A stretch of 62,968 nucleotides of DNA, counting the filler, from Chiloscyllium plagiosum (Eukaryota), in NCBI RefSeq assembly GCF_004010195.1. It is 4 parts of one record of this genome, joined end to end, with 100 filler letters (N's around TTAATTAATTAA, not from the genome) between each part and the next. Parts side by side here need not be neighbours in the genome. Positions count along the whole stretch, not along the records: positions 15,822 to 30,232 come from NC_057715.1; positions 30,333 to 48,946 come from NC_057715.1; 2 more parts are not named here. One strand, 5' to 3'. The position numbers were made by a program, and so were the translations under genes. Each line of letters starts with the position of its first letter. Within the stretch, counting starts at the first letter, position 1. The notes under the pieces are model-generated. The model saw only the letters and a program-made list of their open reading frames with translations, searched no databases and had not been told where the DNA came from. Positions 25,630-37,687 of the stretch are shown here, piece after piece.

Positions 25630-25650
25630 GTATAGATATGTTAAAGAAAA
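25630..25650 (-). promoter_or_regulatory. U12-type (AT-AC) 3' splice site with branch point
   Basis: Minus strand reads ttttCTTTAACatatctatAC|CTATTTT: a TCCTTAAC-like branch 10 nt before an AC terminus, with no polypyrimidine tract or AG. Confidence 0.85.
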
Positions 25651-26231
25651 CCAGAGACTTTAGCACCACTTGCATGTGTATAATTAGAAAAGTCACTTTC
25701 TTATTGAATGTCCGAACACGCTGGAGAAGCTGAATAATCTACTCAAATAAGATATGAAATACTTGCTGAACAGGATCAAAGCCAATCCTCTCTCAATGCC
25801 ATATTCCTGTTTTCTCCACATTTCCATGTTTGTGCTTAAAGTCTAAAAACGTATGGTTCTTTCTTGAAAATATTCAGTAATTTGGCCTTCAACATTGAGG
25901 TCCAGAATTCCACATGCACAATACTCGAGTGAAGAAATTTATTATCTCAGGCCGACGCTATCTACCTCATATCTAGGGCTTTGCCGCCTAGTTCTAGACT
26001 CCCAACCAAGGAATACATCCTCTCTGCACTTAGTCTGTTCAGCATTGGTAGAATGTCATATGTTTCAATTAGATCCCCTCTCATCCTTCTAGAATCTTGT
26101 GAATTCAATTCCTGATGAAGGGCTTTTGGCCGAAACGCTGATTTTCTTGCTCCTCGGATTCTGCCTGACTTCCTGCGCTTTTCCAGCACCACTCTAATCT
26201 TGACTTTGATCTCGAGCTCTAGTGAATACAA

Positions 26232-26518
26232 CGAGGAGAAAGTGAGGACTGCAGATGCTGGAGATCAGAGCTGAAAAATGTGTTGCTCGAAAAGCGCAGG
26301 TCAGGCAGCATCCAAGGAGCAGGCGAATCGACGTTTCGGGCAAGCTCTTCTTCAGGGATGAGGAAGGTGTGTCAAGCAAGTCCCTCCTCTCTACCTTTTA
26401 TTTTAGCACGCTTGGCACACCTTCCTGAAGAAGGGCTTATGCCCGAAACATTGATTCTCCTGCTCCTTGGAAGCTGCCTGACCTGCTGCACTTTTCCAGC
26501 AACACATTTTTCAGCTCC
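26232..26518. mobile_element. Short fold-back PLE terminal-repeat insertion
   Basis: Inverted arms with CTGAAGA-type hammerhead remnants; TSD agtgaatacaa at 26221-26231 and 26519-26529; another PLE end lies adjacent at about 26106-26215. Confidence 0.8.
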
Positions 26519-26999
26519 AGTGAATACAAGCCAGTCAATCAAAATCTCTCCTCAAAGGACAGCCCTGCCACCCCAGTATCAACCGAGTGAACCCCTGCTG
26601 CACACTCCATCGAATACCAAGTATATCCTTTCTTGGGTAGGGATATCAAAACTTCTCACAACACTCAGTGTGGTCTCACTGAGGCCTTAACATCTCTGCC
26701 CTTCAACTCAATTCCTCTTGCAAAATACAATTTGCTGCATTTGTTTGTCTGCTTTCATTGACTGGTATTTAAGGATATCTAAATCCCTATAATACTATTT
26801 AAATAATACCCTTCCTTTCTGTTTTCCACATCAAAATGCTTAAGTTCATAATTAGCTTTGAACTGCATCTGCACGGTTTACCCACTCAACTTGTTTAAAT
26901 CACATTGAAGCCTCCTTCTGTCAACATTACCCAATTTTATGTTATCAGCAAACTTGGAAATGTTGCATCTGATTACCTCATCCAAGTTATTTATACCTC

Positions 27000-27826
27000 A
27001 TCCAAGTTCTTCAAGGACCGCAATTTCCCCCCCCGACGTGGTCGACGATGCCCTCCACCGCATCTCTTCCACTTCCCGCTCCTCCGCCCTTGAACCCCGC
27101 CCCTCCAACCGCCACCAGGACAGAACCCCACTGGTGCTCACCTACCACCCCACTAACCTCCATGTACAGCGCATCATCCGCCGCCACTTCCGCCACCCCC
27201 AAACNNNNNNNNNNNNNNNNNNNNNNNNNNNNNNNNNNNNNNNNNNNNNNNNNNNNNNNNNNNNNNNNNNNNNNNNNNNNNNNNNNNNCTACTTGCGGTG
27301 CGTTTCAGAGAACACCTCTGGGACACCCGGACCAACCAACCCAACCACCCTGTGGCTCAACACTTCAACTCCCCCTCCCATTCCACCAAAAAAATGCAGG
27401 TCTTCGGATTCCTCCATCGCCAGACCACAACAACATGATGGTTGGAGGAAGAGCGCCTCATCTTCTGCCTAGGAACCCTCCAACCACAAGGCAGGAACGC
27501 GGGTTTCACCAGTTTCCTCATTTCCCCTCCCCCCACCTTGTCTCAGTCAAATCCATCGAATTCAGCACCGCCTTCCTAACCTGCAATCTTCTTCCTGACC
27601 TCTCCGCCCCCACCCCAGTCTGACCTATCACCCTCACCTTGACCTCTTTCCACCTATCACATTTCCGACGCCCCTCCCCCAAGTCCCTCCTCCCTACCTT
27701 TTATCTTAGCCTGCTGGACACACTTTCCTCATTCCTGAAGAAGGGCTTATGCCTGAAACGTCGATTCTCCTGTTCCCTGGATGCTGCCTGACCTGCTGCG
27801 CTCTTCCAGCAACACATTTCCAGCTC
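27000..27826 (+). mobile_element. Penelope-like element 3' part (GIY-YIG region, 3' repeat with hammerhead at about 27731-27766)
   Basis: PLVLTYHP motif, RFREH...PVAQHFNSPSH region, and attcCTGAAGAagggcttatgcctGAAACGTCgatt. Confidence 0.9.
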
Positions 27827-28095
27827 CTATTTATATATTATGACTGGCTGAGCCCCCAGTGACTGATCCTTCTGGTAGTCACTGTCTGCCACTTGGAGGA
27901 AACAATTTATTTTCACACTGTTTCCTGTTTGTCACCTAATTCTCTATCTAAACATGTACATTATCCCACCCAATGTGTTTTAACTTTGCTCTTCTGAGGA
28001 ACCTTATCAAAAGCCATCTGAAAATCCAAATGCACCACATCTACTTGTTCTCCCTTATCCATTTTACTAGTTACAATCTCAAAAAACTCCAAAAC

Positions 28096-28400
28096 AGGGG
28101 CGGCACGGCAGGTCAGTAGTTAGCACTTCTGCCTCACAACACCAGGGTTCCAGGTTCAAATCCAGCCTTGGGCAACCATTTGTGTTGAGTTTGCACATTC
28201 TCCCCACGTTCTGCGTGGGTTTCCTCCAGGTGCTCTGGTTTCCTCCCACATTCCAAAGATGTGCAGGTCAGGTGAACTGGCCATGCTAATTTGTCCATAG
28301 TGTTAAGTGCATTAGTCAGAGGGGAGTGAGTTACTCCAGAGGATCAATGTGGACTTGTTAGGCCAAAGGGCCTGTTTCCACACTGTAGGGAATCTCATCT
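28096..28400 (+). mobile_element. HE1-like SINE nested in a minus-strand CR1 fragment (about 27830-28800)
   Basis: ggggcggcacgg head with A/B boxes and the conserved HE1-type core. Confidence 0.9.
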
Positions 28401-29617
28401 AATTTGTTCAGCATGATTTGCCTTTCATAAATCCATTGTGACTTTGTCCAATCCTATTAATGCTTTCCAAATGTTCTTTTATTGTTTCTTTTATAACAGA
28501 CTTTCGTTCTCCCCAGGACTGATGTCAGGCTAACATCTGTAATTAATTTTGTTTTTTCTCAACTCTCCCTTTTCAATACTAAGGTCACATTCATCACTCT
28601 CCAATCTGTAAGACCTACTCCAAGGTCGACAGAATTTTGGAAGATGACCATCAGTACATCCACTGTTCCCAGTGTCACTTCCTTTACTACATATAGATTT
28701 AGACCTTGGTGATTGGTCATCCATTAAACTTATTTATTTCCCCAGCACGACTTTCTTACCAATACTGATTTCCTTCTATACCACCCTCTCACCGGACCAC
28801 TAGTTCTCTTACATCGCCATTTACTACTTGTTCCACATTTCTTAGATAATCATTGCTCGTGGGCAATTAGAGGTAAGCAATAAATGCTGTCCATCCAGTG
28901 ATGCCCACATCCTACAAGAGAATTAAAACCCACACTGATTTTCCTAAACTACCTCAGTCTACAGAATCAATGTTGTCACACACAAGACCTAAACTTCAAG
29001 TGGCAGTTCTGCTGAGAGGACATGGCAAAGATTTTTATAGCTTTTCTTAAAAAGTGGTTGAAACAGAATCAAAATGGATTTCTCATGGCTACAGAGAAAG
29101 AGCAAGCTGACTGCAAGCAATTCAGCTAATTGAAGGGTTCTTTTCAAAGACTCTGCAGAAGTTCCATGGTACAATGCCATTTTTCCTATGCTATAGGATT
29201 CTGTAAGTGAAGCAAAAGAATGGGATAAATTTTATTGCCAGCCATACAGAAAATGATTCAGAATTAGTTTGAGACCACAAATTTTCTTATCGCCAACTCT
29301 GTAGAAAGGTGGCAGGCTAGTAAACTAAATTTCGAGTATTTGGGGTGAAACTGTCCTTCCATCATGCCCATTACAATACATTGGGGAATTTCCCTTGAAC
29401 CTTGACATTGATAGGATCAGGACAGACATCACAAATTGGTGTAGCCTAATATACACATAGGTCATCAGATCACTGGAGTGAAAACCTTCTCAACCTCTTT
29501 CAGAGTCCAAATGCACTGCCAACATCAAGTCTGCATTTCTCTCCAATTAAATGTTTTGAGATGCAGCAACAATTTTAAAATCACCTTATTTTTAAATCCA
29601 AGCTGTAGACTAAGTTA

Positions 29618-30232
29618 ACCGCCACGACATTAACCACCCCAACCTCTCCACCCCTCTCACCCACTCCAACCTCTCACCCTCAGAACATGCAGCCCTCCAC
29701 TCCCTCCGTTCCAACCCCAACCTCACTATCAAACCGGCAGACAAGGGAGGCGCGGTAGTAGTTTGGCACATCGACCTTTACACCGCTGAGGCTAAACGCC
29801 AGCTTGCGGACACCTCCTCCTACTGCCCCTTTGACCATGACCCCACCTCCCACCACCAAACCATCATCTCCCAGACCATCCATAACCTCATCACCTCAGG
29901 GGATCTCCCATCCAACCTCAGTCCCACAAGCCTGCAACGCCCATTTCTACCTCCTGCCCAAAATCCACAAACCTGACTGCCCCGGCCGACCCATTGTCTC
30001 AGCCTGCTCCTGCCCCACTGAACTCATCTCTGCATACCTTGACACAGTCCTGTCCCCCTTAGTCCAAGAACTCCCCACCCACGTTCGGGACACCATCCAC
30101 GCCCTCCACCTCCATGATTTTCGCTTCCCTGGTCCCCAAAGCCTTATCTTCACCATGGACATCCAGTCCCTGTACACCTCCGCCCCCCGTACACCTCCAT
30201 CCCCCATCATGAAGGACTCAAAGCCCTCCACT
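29618..30232 (+). mobile_element. Penelope-like element RT fragment
   Basis: IKPADKGGAVVVW, FYLLPKIHKPDCPGRPIVS, FTMDIQSLYT. Confidence 0.9.
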
Positions 30233-30332
30233 NNNNNNNNNNNNNNNNNNNNNNNNNNNNNNNNNNNNNNNNNNNNTTAATTAATTAANNNNNNNNNNNN
30301 NNNNNNNNNNNNNNNNNNNNNNNNNNNNNNNN
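30233..30332. other. Artificial scaffold gap of unknown true size
   Basis: 44N-TTAATTAATTAA-44N; the flanking repeats (PLE plus, CR1 minus) are not continuous across it. Confidence 0.95.
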
Positions 30333-31450
30333 AATCAGTCCTTGCCTTTCCAAATACATGTACATCCTATCCCTCAGGATTCCTTCCAACAGCTTGCCCA
30401 CCACCAACATCAGGCTCACTGATCTATAGACCCCTGGCTTGTCCTTACTATCTTTCTTAAACAGTGGCATCATGTTAACCAACCTCAGTCTTCCTGCACC
30501 TCACCTGTGACTATCGATGATACAAATATCTCAGCAAGAGGCCCAGCAATCACTTCTCTAGCTTCCCACAGAGTTCTCGGGTACACCTGATCAGGTCCTG
30601 GGGATTTATCCACCTTTAACCGTTTCAAGACATCCAGCACTTCCTCCTCTGTAATCTGGACATTTTGCAAGATGTCACCATCTATTTCCCTACAGTCTAT
30701 ATCTTCCATATCCTTTCCACAGTAAATACTGATGCAAAATATTCATTTAGTATCTCCCCATTTTCTGTGGCTCCATACAAAGGCCGCCTTGCCGATCTTT
30801 GAGGGGCCCTATTCTCTCCGTAGTTACCCTTTTGTCCTTAATATATTTGTAAAAACCCTTTGGATTCTCCTTAATTCTATTTGCCAAAGCTATCTCATGT
30901 CCCCGTTTTGCCCTCCTGATTTCCCTCTTAAGTATACTCCTACTTTCTTTATACTCTTCTAAGGATTCACTTGATCTATCCTGTCTATACCTGACATATG
31001 CTTCCTTCTTTTTCTTAACCAAACTCTCAATTTCTTTAGTCATCCAGCATTCCCTGTACCTACCAGCCTTCCCTTTCACCCTGACAGGATATACTTTCTC
31101 TGGATTCTCGTTATCTCATTTCTGAAGGCTTCCCATTTTCCATTTTACCTGCGAACATCTGCCTCCAATCAGCTTTCGAAAGTTCTTGCCTAATACAATC
31201 AAAATTGGCCTTTCTCCAAATTAGAACTTCAACTTTTAGATCTGGTCTATCTTTTTCCATCACTGTTTTAAAACTAATAGAATTATGGTCACTGGCCCCA
31301 AAGTGCTTCCCCACTGACACCTCAGTCACCTGCCCTGCCTTGTTTTTCAAGAGTTGGTCAAGTTTTGCGCCTTCTCTCGTAGGTACATCCACATACTGAA
31401 TCAGAAAGTTGTCTTGTACACACTTAAGAAATTCCTCTCCATCTAAACCT
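30333..31450 (-). mobile_element. CR1 LINE ORF2 fragment
   Basis: PTREGAKLD, FGASDHNSI, IKENPKGFYKYI, KSPGPDQVYPRTL. Confidence 0.92.
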
Positions 31451-31469
31451 GTTAGCAGAGGCTAGCAGT

Positions 31470-31965
31470 AAGTTACTTCTTGATTTCGCAAAGCTTGTCC
31501 ATCATTTACCCACTTGACTGCATGAAAGTAGCTCTAACAACACTTATGAAGATTGATACCAAGCAGGACAAAGCAGTCCACTTAATTGGCACCACATCTA
31601 CAAAAATCCACTCCCTTCACCAACACTCAGTCGCAGTAGTGTGTACCATTGACAAGATGCTCTGCAGAAATTCCCCAAGGCTCCTTAAACAGCACCTTCC
31701 AAACTCATGACCACTTCCATATTTAAGGACAAGAACACCATCATCTGCAAATTTCCCTCCAAGCCACTCACTATTCTGACTTGGAAATATATCACTGTTC
31801 CTTTACTGTAACTGGCTCAAGATCCTGGAACTTCCTCCCTAACTGCATTGTGGGTTTCCCTATAGCACATGGACTGCAGTGGTTTGAGAAGGCAGCTCAT
31901 CACCGCCTTCTCAGTGGCAACCAGGATTGGGCAATAAATTGTGGCCCAGCCACAAGTGAATAAAA
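31470..31965 (+). mobile_element. L2-clade LINE 3' fragment
   Basis: IHSLHQ..VAVVCTI..M.CRNSPRLL and a 3' tail ending gggcaataaat; the same family recurs at about 18890-19370 and 57900-60340. Confidence 0.65.
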
Positions 31966-33081
31966 ATAAACTCTCCTGATAAGACAGTCCCTCCATAATT
32001 GGACTCATCCCAGTGAACCTTCTCTGGACCGCTTCCGCTGCTAGTAAGTCCTTAGATAAGGCTTCCAAAAAAGTCACAATATTCCAGGTTAGACCATTCA
32101 CAATATGGTCTAACTGTTGTCTTTTATAGTTTTAACAAAACCTCCCTCTTTGTATCCTATTCCTTTCAAAATAATGGCAAATATTCCATTTGACTTCTGT
32201 ATTACCTGCTAAACCTGTATGCTAGTTTTTTCAGATTTTTGCATAATGACTCCTACATTCCTCTGTACTGTGGCTTTCTACACAACATCTCTATTTTGAT
32301 TTTTAAAAGTTTTGGTCTTTTAGATTACAACCTGCAAATATTTCCCTATTTACCTTCAATCTGAAAGTAACCTGTAATAGGTAGTCAAATTAGTAGCTAT
32401 CAATAACCAATGAATTTACAGTTTGCCTGAAATTTCGTTCTTTTGTTGGGTCCCTAATCTTGGGCTTTAATTATCCTGTTAAAAAAACCTTACAAGTTAT
32501 GAACCCCAAAAAAAAGGCAAGCAAAAAGCACTTCATTCCCCTCTGCACCAAATTCCCACATTGCTACCAAATTCCCTGAACTTGGGCTGTATCTCACTCT
32601 GGATGTGAACTCTCCTTCCTGACTGTGTGAAACTTACTAACCTATTGAATTATTAGACTATTGAATTTAAGTGGAGAAACACTGCAGAAAACCAGAGTCC
32701 AAGGATTCTTGGTAAATTACTGCCAATCCATCTACTATCACAGTAGCTACTTCATTTATTTTCCGCGGATGTATTCCATCAGGTCTGGGTGACTTATTGG
32801 TCTTTAGTCCCAAGTTTTCCTAGTACTTTTTCTCAAATAATAGTTATTGTTTTTACTTCTTGTCTCCTTTTGCCCCTTGATTATTTAATAATTGTGGAAT
32901 GCTTTTAGTGAAGACTGGTGCAAAGCATTGATGGAAAAATATTTGGAGTCTCTTCCATTATTATTCACAGCTCCAGATTACAACATGCATTTAAAAGTGT
33001 ACATTCCCAGAGGAACTCAGACTCCAGGAGGAGTGGATAGCATGTTGGATGGCTGGAATGGTGACGTGAATCAGATCAATG

Positions 33082-33285
33082 TACAAAGTTAAAAATCACA
33101 CAACAGCAGGTTATAGCCCAACAAGTCTGTTTGGAAGCACTAGCTTTCGGAGCGATGCTCCTTCATCAGGTGGATGAAGGAGCAGCGCTCCAAAAGCTAG
33201 TGCTTCCAATTAAACCTGTTGGGCTATAACCTGGTGTTGTGTGATTTTTAACTTTGTACACCCCAGTCCAACACTGGCATCTCCA
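33082..33285. mobile_element. Short fold-back PLE terminal-repeat insertion (same family as 1762-1956), inside a SINE
   Basis: Arms gtacaaagttaaaaatcacacaac... / ...gttgtgtgatttttaactttgtac; 13-bp TSD aatcagatcaatg at 33069-33081 and 33286-33298. Confidence 0.9.
33138..33172 (-). ncRNA. Minimal hammerhead ribozyme (PLE-type)
   Basis: Minus strand reads cac-CTGATGA-a-GGAGC atc GCTCC-GAAA-GCTA-gtg. Confidence 0.75.
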
Positions 33286-33693
33286 AATCAGATCAATGGA
33301 AACTTCATGGAGTTTGATCCACGTTCCAGCTGAGGTAGATTCAGGACCTTCCTCCTTGTCCTACCCATGATGGAAGTTGTATGCTGTGGGTTGGACATGT
33401 CCCTGGGAGAAGAACTCAAGAAGAAGAAGGAGAAAGATTAGCGAGGGTAGAACTTCAATTTTTGATCTCATCTCTCTGCAACATCTCTATACATTTCACA
33501 CACTGAATTAATTTAAAGTACTTTGGTATCTAAACATTGCAGCAGCCTTTTAATGAGCAGCAAAAAAAACTATTATATGACCATGATTTGACTACTTTTT
33601 TGGGTGAGGTAATGATCTGTGAATCTTTGAAAAGCGAGGAAGGAGGATACCTTGAGAACTCTCTACTCTACTTTGAATATATGTTTGCATTAC

Positions 33694-33981
33694 CTTTTTG
33701 AGAAACACATTAAAATTTTTGCCAAGTCCAGCAAACATGAGTTGAATTGGATCCTTTTTCCTGTAGACAGGGTTCAGTTTCTCAGCTCTCTTGCAGTGAT
33801 TCTGAGTGCGCAAGTGCCTTATGATGTCTTTCTCCCCGTGTCTGGCACAGCTCAAGTAGGTCTCACATACCATGCAGTAAAAGTCCTTGCGACACTCTGG
33901 AACAGGCTGAATACATTGATATTTGATTGCCCATTCAGTCTTGAAATGGTGGCTGGACTTCTTTTGGCTTTGATATTTCAT
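33694..33981 (-). CDS. Orphan exon-like ORF encoding a BED/hAT-transposase-type C2H2 zinc finger (96 aa up to a candidate donor)
   Basis: FKTEWAIKY...FYCMVC...S...HGEKDIIRHLRTQNH (Cx2C...Hx5H); uninterrupted frame. Upstream pyrimidine tract and CAGCAG acceptor (about 34001); AAG|GTAATG phase-0 donor at 33693. The unspliced ORF runs to 33592. Confidence 0.55.
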
Positions 33982-34379
33982 CTTCTTTTCCTACTTCTCT
34001 GCTGAGTTTGACATGGGATTGAAGAGAGGGGGGAGACCAAGAGGCAGACATGGAAATAGAGACTCGAGGGAATTCTCAAACCCTGGAACTCCTGACTTCT
34101 CAATTCTTAAACTTTAAAAATTGCTGTGCAGACTATATTTCTCAAGCAAAAATCTGTCATGATGCTTCAGGTGCCCTTAGTAAGCTGGGTAGATATAGCA
34201 CAGTAACACAGACGTCATAATAACATGCTGTGACAGAGCAAGTGTAAATGCTACCTTGTAATGATTGCAGTTTAAGTTAAGTTAATTTGTTTGATCTTTG
34301 CCACTTTAAGAAAGTGTTTGAAATTGCAAAGAAGAGGTTTTGAATAGATTGCCTGGCTTTAGAGGCACCAGGATTGGAA

Positions 34380-35110
34380 GAGATGCAAATGAAGAAACCA
34401 AGATGTGGAAATTTCAGAGGCACTGGCCATAACTTTCCAATCCTCCTTAGACCTAAGTGGCGCCAGAGGACTGGAGAAGTACAGATGTTTACATTTGAGT
34501 ATAAAGATCAGCCAAGCAACGACAGGTCAGCGTAGATTTGTTAAGGACAATTTGTGTTTAACTAACAAATGGAGTTGTTTTTTATTGAGGTAACAGAGAT
34601 GGTTGAGCAGGGCAATGCTGCTGATATGTTGTGCATTGACTTTCAAAGTAGAGCACAACAATCTTGTGAGGAAAGTTTCCATTTGGGATTTAAAAGGGAG
34701 AGTACCAACATTGATATGAAATTGGCTAAGTAACAGAAACAGAGAATAATGGTTAATAACATTTTATGAGACTGGAAGAAGGTTTAAAGTGGAATTCTTT
34801 TGGGATTGATTATAGACTGCTGCTCTTCCTGATAAATATTAATGACGTAGACCTAGCTGTATAGGGGACATTTTCAAAATTTGAAGTCAATTAAACGTTT
34901 GAAAATGAATTATGAGGGGCATAGCATTAAACTCCATAGACAGGTTGATCGAGTGGGTGAACAGGAAATTTAATGCAGATAAATAGTGAAGTGATTTACT
35001 TTGAGAGAAAGAGGGCACTGCCTGAGAGTGTGGGAGGCAAATGAAATTGAATGTTAAAGAGGGAATTGGATTATTACTTGAACAGGAAGAATGTGTAGAT
35101 ATATTAGAAG
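34380..35110 (+). mobile_element. Old CR1 LINE remnant
   Basis: EISEALAITFQSSLD, DFQ and INDVD-like remnants of RT. Confidence 0.65.
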
Positions 35111-35869
35111 GACAAACATTAATGTTCTGGTGTCATTGGTTCAAATCTCATTGCAGTATCTGGTGGAATATAAATTCAGTTAATGCTAATATCTGCTCCT
35201 AAGGTGTGGAGGGGAGATGATGGCCCAGTGGTATTATTGCTATGCTGTTAATCCAGAAACCTCAGTAATATTCTGGAAACCCAGGTTTGAATTTCCTGTG
35301 GTAGATGTTGGAATTTGAATTTGTCTTTAAACTCTGGTGCCAGTGTGAATGGTGGAGGGAGCGTGTTTGGGGAGAGGGGTCTTCTTGGGCCTTTCTCTCA
35401 ATCCCATATCCTTTCTCTCCTTCAAGTCCTCTTCCCACCATCCCTATTTCAATATTGCATTTCTTTCCTGCATGTGGGCAGCAGCTTCCTACCAGGTCTC
35501 ACTTTCCACGTCCTCACCTTTTCATTGCAGTCTCCCAAGGCCTCTAGCAACATGTGGTGATGTTAGGGACATTGAGCAGGGGAGCAGCAGCAGTTGGACG
35601 AACCATGTCTGGAGGAAAAGAGATAAAGAGGCCTCATGGAGAGTGGTAGAGACAGACCATTTTCTCAACCAGCCATGAACACAGTAGACCTGGTTTAACC
35701 TTAATTGCCATTCATATTTATACAGACCCGATGTCAGTGGATCAAAGAGTCATAGTTAAAAATCACACATCACCAAGTTATAGTCCAACAGGGTTATTTT
35801 GAAGCATTGGCTTTCGGAGTTCTGCTCTTTCATCAGGTGACTGTGGAGTGTAAGATGATAAGGTTCGTA

Positions 35870-36988
35870 TGCGACAGCACTGCCTTTAAGAGAGATGCGT
35901 CCTTACCTGTTTCTCTTGCGGAAAGATGCTGGAATAAAAAAAACAAACAACAAAGAAAATTTACAGCCCAGGAACAGGCCTTTCGGCCCTCCAAGCCTGA
36001 ACGAATCCAAATACACTGTCTAGACTTATCGCCCAATTCCCAAGCATCTGTATCCCTCAGCTCCCCACCTACTCATGCATCTGTTCAGATGCATCTTAAA
36101 TGAATCTACCATTCCTGCTCCACCACGTCTGCTGGCAACTTGTTCCAGGCACCTACCACCCTCTGTGTAAAGTACTTGCCGCGTATATCCCCTTAAACTT
36201 TTCACCCCTCACCTTGAACGCGTGACCTGTCATTATTGAATCCCTCACCCTGAGAAAAAGCTTATCTCTATCTATCCTGTTTATACCCTTCATGATTTTG
36301 TAGATCAGGTCCCCCCTCAATCAGGTCCCTGCTTAATCTTTTTTTCTAATAAAATCAATCCTAACATTCTCAACCTTTTTTCATAGCTAGCACTTTCCAT
36401 ACCAGGCAATATCCTTGTAAACCTTCTCTGAATGTCTCTTTCAGACAGACAATTGGTAAACAGCTTATGAGTTCTGCATGGGTGCTTCTTTTTGAAAAAA
36501 TGAGACAAAAGAATCATGAGTGGACAGGGTCGGGGCTCACACAGACCCAGGAGGGTTTTTAGTTTTGCTTTTAGTTAGTTGAAGGTGTGCTGGTGGCTGA
36601 GCTAAAAGCTTTGCATTCCCTGCTGCTAGGGTCTCAGACAGCGAGGTTTCTTCAAAATCAAAAGAGGCAGCGTATGAGAACCAGAACTGTTTTGCTGAGT
36701 TGCATTTTTGCCAAAGGGTGTATTTGTGAGGTGTTGCCTGTATTGAAACAGTTGATGATTAGCGGTGAAATAAGACATTATCTTGTTAAATATTACAGGA
36801 GAGTTAAAATTATTGCCAGTTGTTTTTTCAATTTTACATGTGTTGTAAGAATACAGTGTGGTTTGCTTAAATCAATGGAATTATGTGTGGAATACAGCAC
36901 CTTACACTTGCCTTTAAATATATGTGAAAGTTAGGGTGTAGGCTATCTTGTTACTGTATTTTGAGGGTTTCTCTTCTGGTCCATAACA
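35870..36988 (+). mobile_element. Probable solo LTR related to the Gmr1-like LTR, interrupted by a minus-strand CR1 3' fragment (about 35945-36435)
   Basis: TG...CA ends; start (ctgcctttaag) and end (ttttgaggg...ctggtccataaca) resemble the ends of LTR 13356-13995. Confidence 0.55.
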
Positions 36989-37687
36989 CATGATCTTCAG
37001 ATTGTGCCAGAGGTTTGGAGACATTATGATTGGTGCAGAGTTTGAAGTATGTATTGATGTGTAAATCCTGCAATGACTTGGATTTCCTTAACAGTAGAAC
37101 AATTTTGTAATATCTACCTTATCAAGCCCACTCAGATCCTGTATTTTTAAATGAGATAAGAACCCAGCATCTTCTGACTTAGTCATTTGGTAAATCACTA
37201 CCCAATTAACAAACCTAGCAGGAGTTCCCCACTTTGATTCTTGCTATGTGTTAACTGACCCCAGCAATTAGGAGTCTAAGGGTGGCCTCATCATTCCCGT
37301 CTTTGGAGCCAAATCAGCCAAAATTCTGTCGTTTGAACAACATTTAGTTGTTCCTGCTTCCTCTGGGAAGTGAACATGCATGGTGTTTGGATGATGAAGG
37401 ATTTGATTTAATGGTGAAGGTCCTTAAAGTTGTTTGTTCATCTGTACTCACAGTCCAGGCTTATACATGGTTAATGGTTGCGTAGATCTGATAACTGCCT
37501 GTAACCATGGTTCCAAGAGCTCATTAGAATCACCCTTCACATGATGTGAGAAAACTAAGAATAAGAAAGATATATTCTCTCAGCTACTGAATTCAAACTG
37601 GGCCAGAATAATGCCAGTTCAGTGAGCATCAGCTACATGTTAGGCATTTGATGCTCTTTTAATTTTTTTTATTGTTTTTCAGTAATT

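Noticed and set aside
26771..26778. Perfect U12 donor ATATCCTT on the minus strand 1.1 kb upstream of the SPCS2 AC acceptor
   Set aside because: It lies in a decayed CR1 fragment and the upstream sequence does not encode the SPCS2 transmembrane exon; at most a cryptic site.
28096..28170. tRNA-like A/B boxes here and at about 39063, 40010 and 41829
   Set aside because: These are SINE heads continuing into SINE bodies, not tRNA genes.
33641..33650. U12-like donor GTATCCTCC within the zinc-finger ORF as partner of the SPCS2 AC acceptor
   Set aside because: It is phase 1 whereas the acceptor exon needs phase 2; the join hits a stop within four codons, and GT-AC pairing is rare.
33982..34013. 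Upstream ATG extending the zinc-finger ORF (MSNSAEK)
   Set aside because: An in-frame TAG lies before the second ATG; the region looks more like an acceptor plus short 5' UTR.
35900..35930. Strong minus-strand donor CAG|GTAAGG as a candidate SPCS2 first exon
   Set aside because: It falls within a probable solo LTR and shows no SPCS2-like coding upstream. It cannot be excluded as a non-coding exon but is unsupported.
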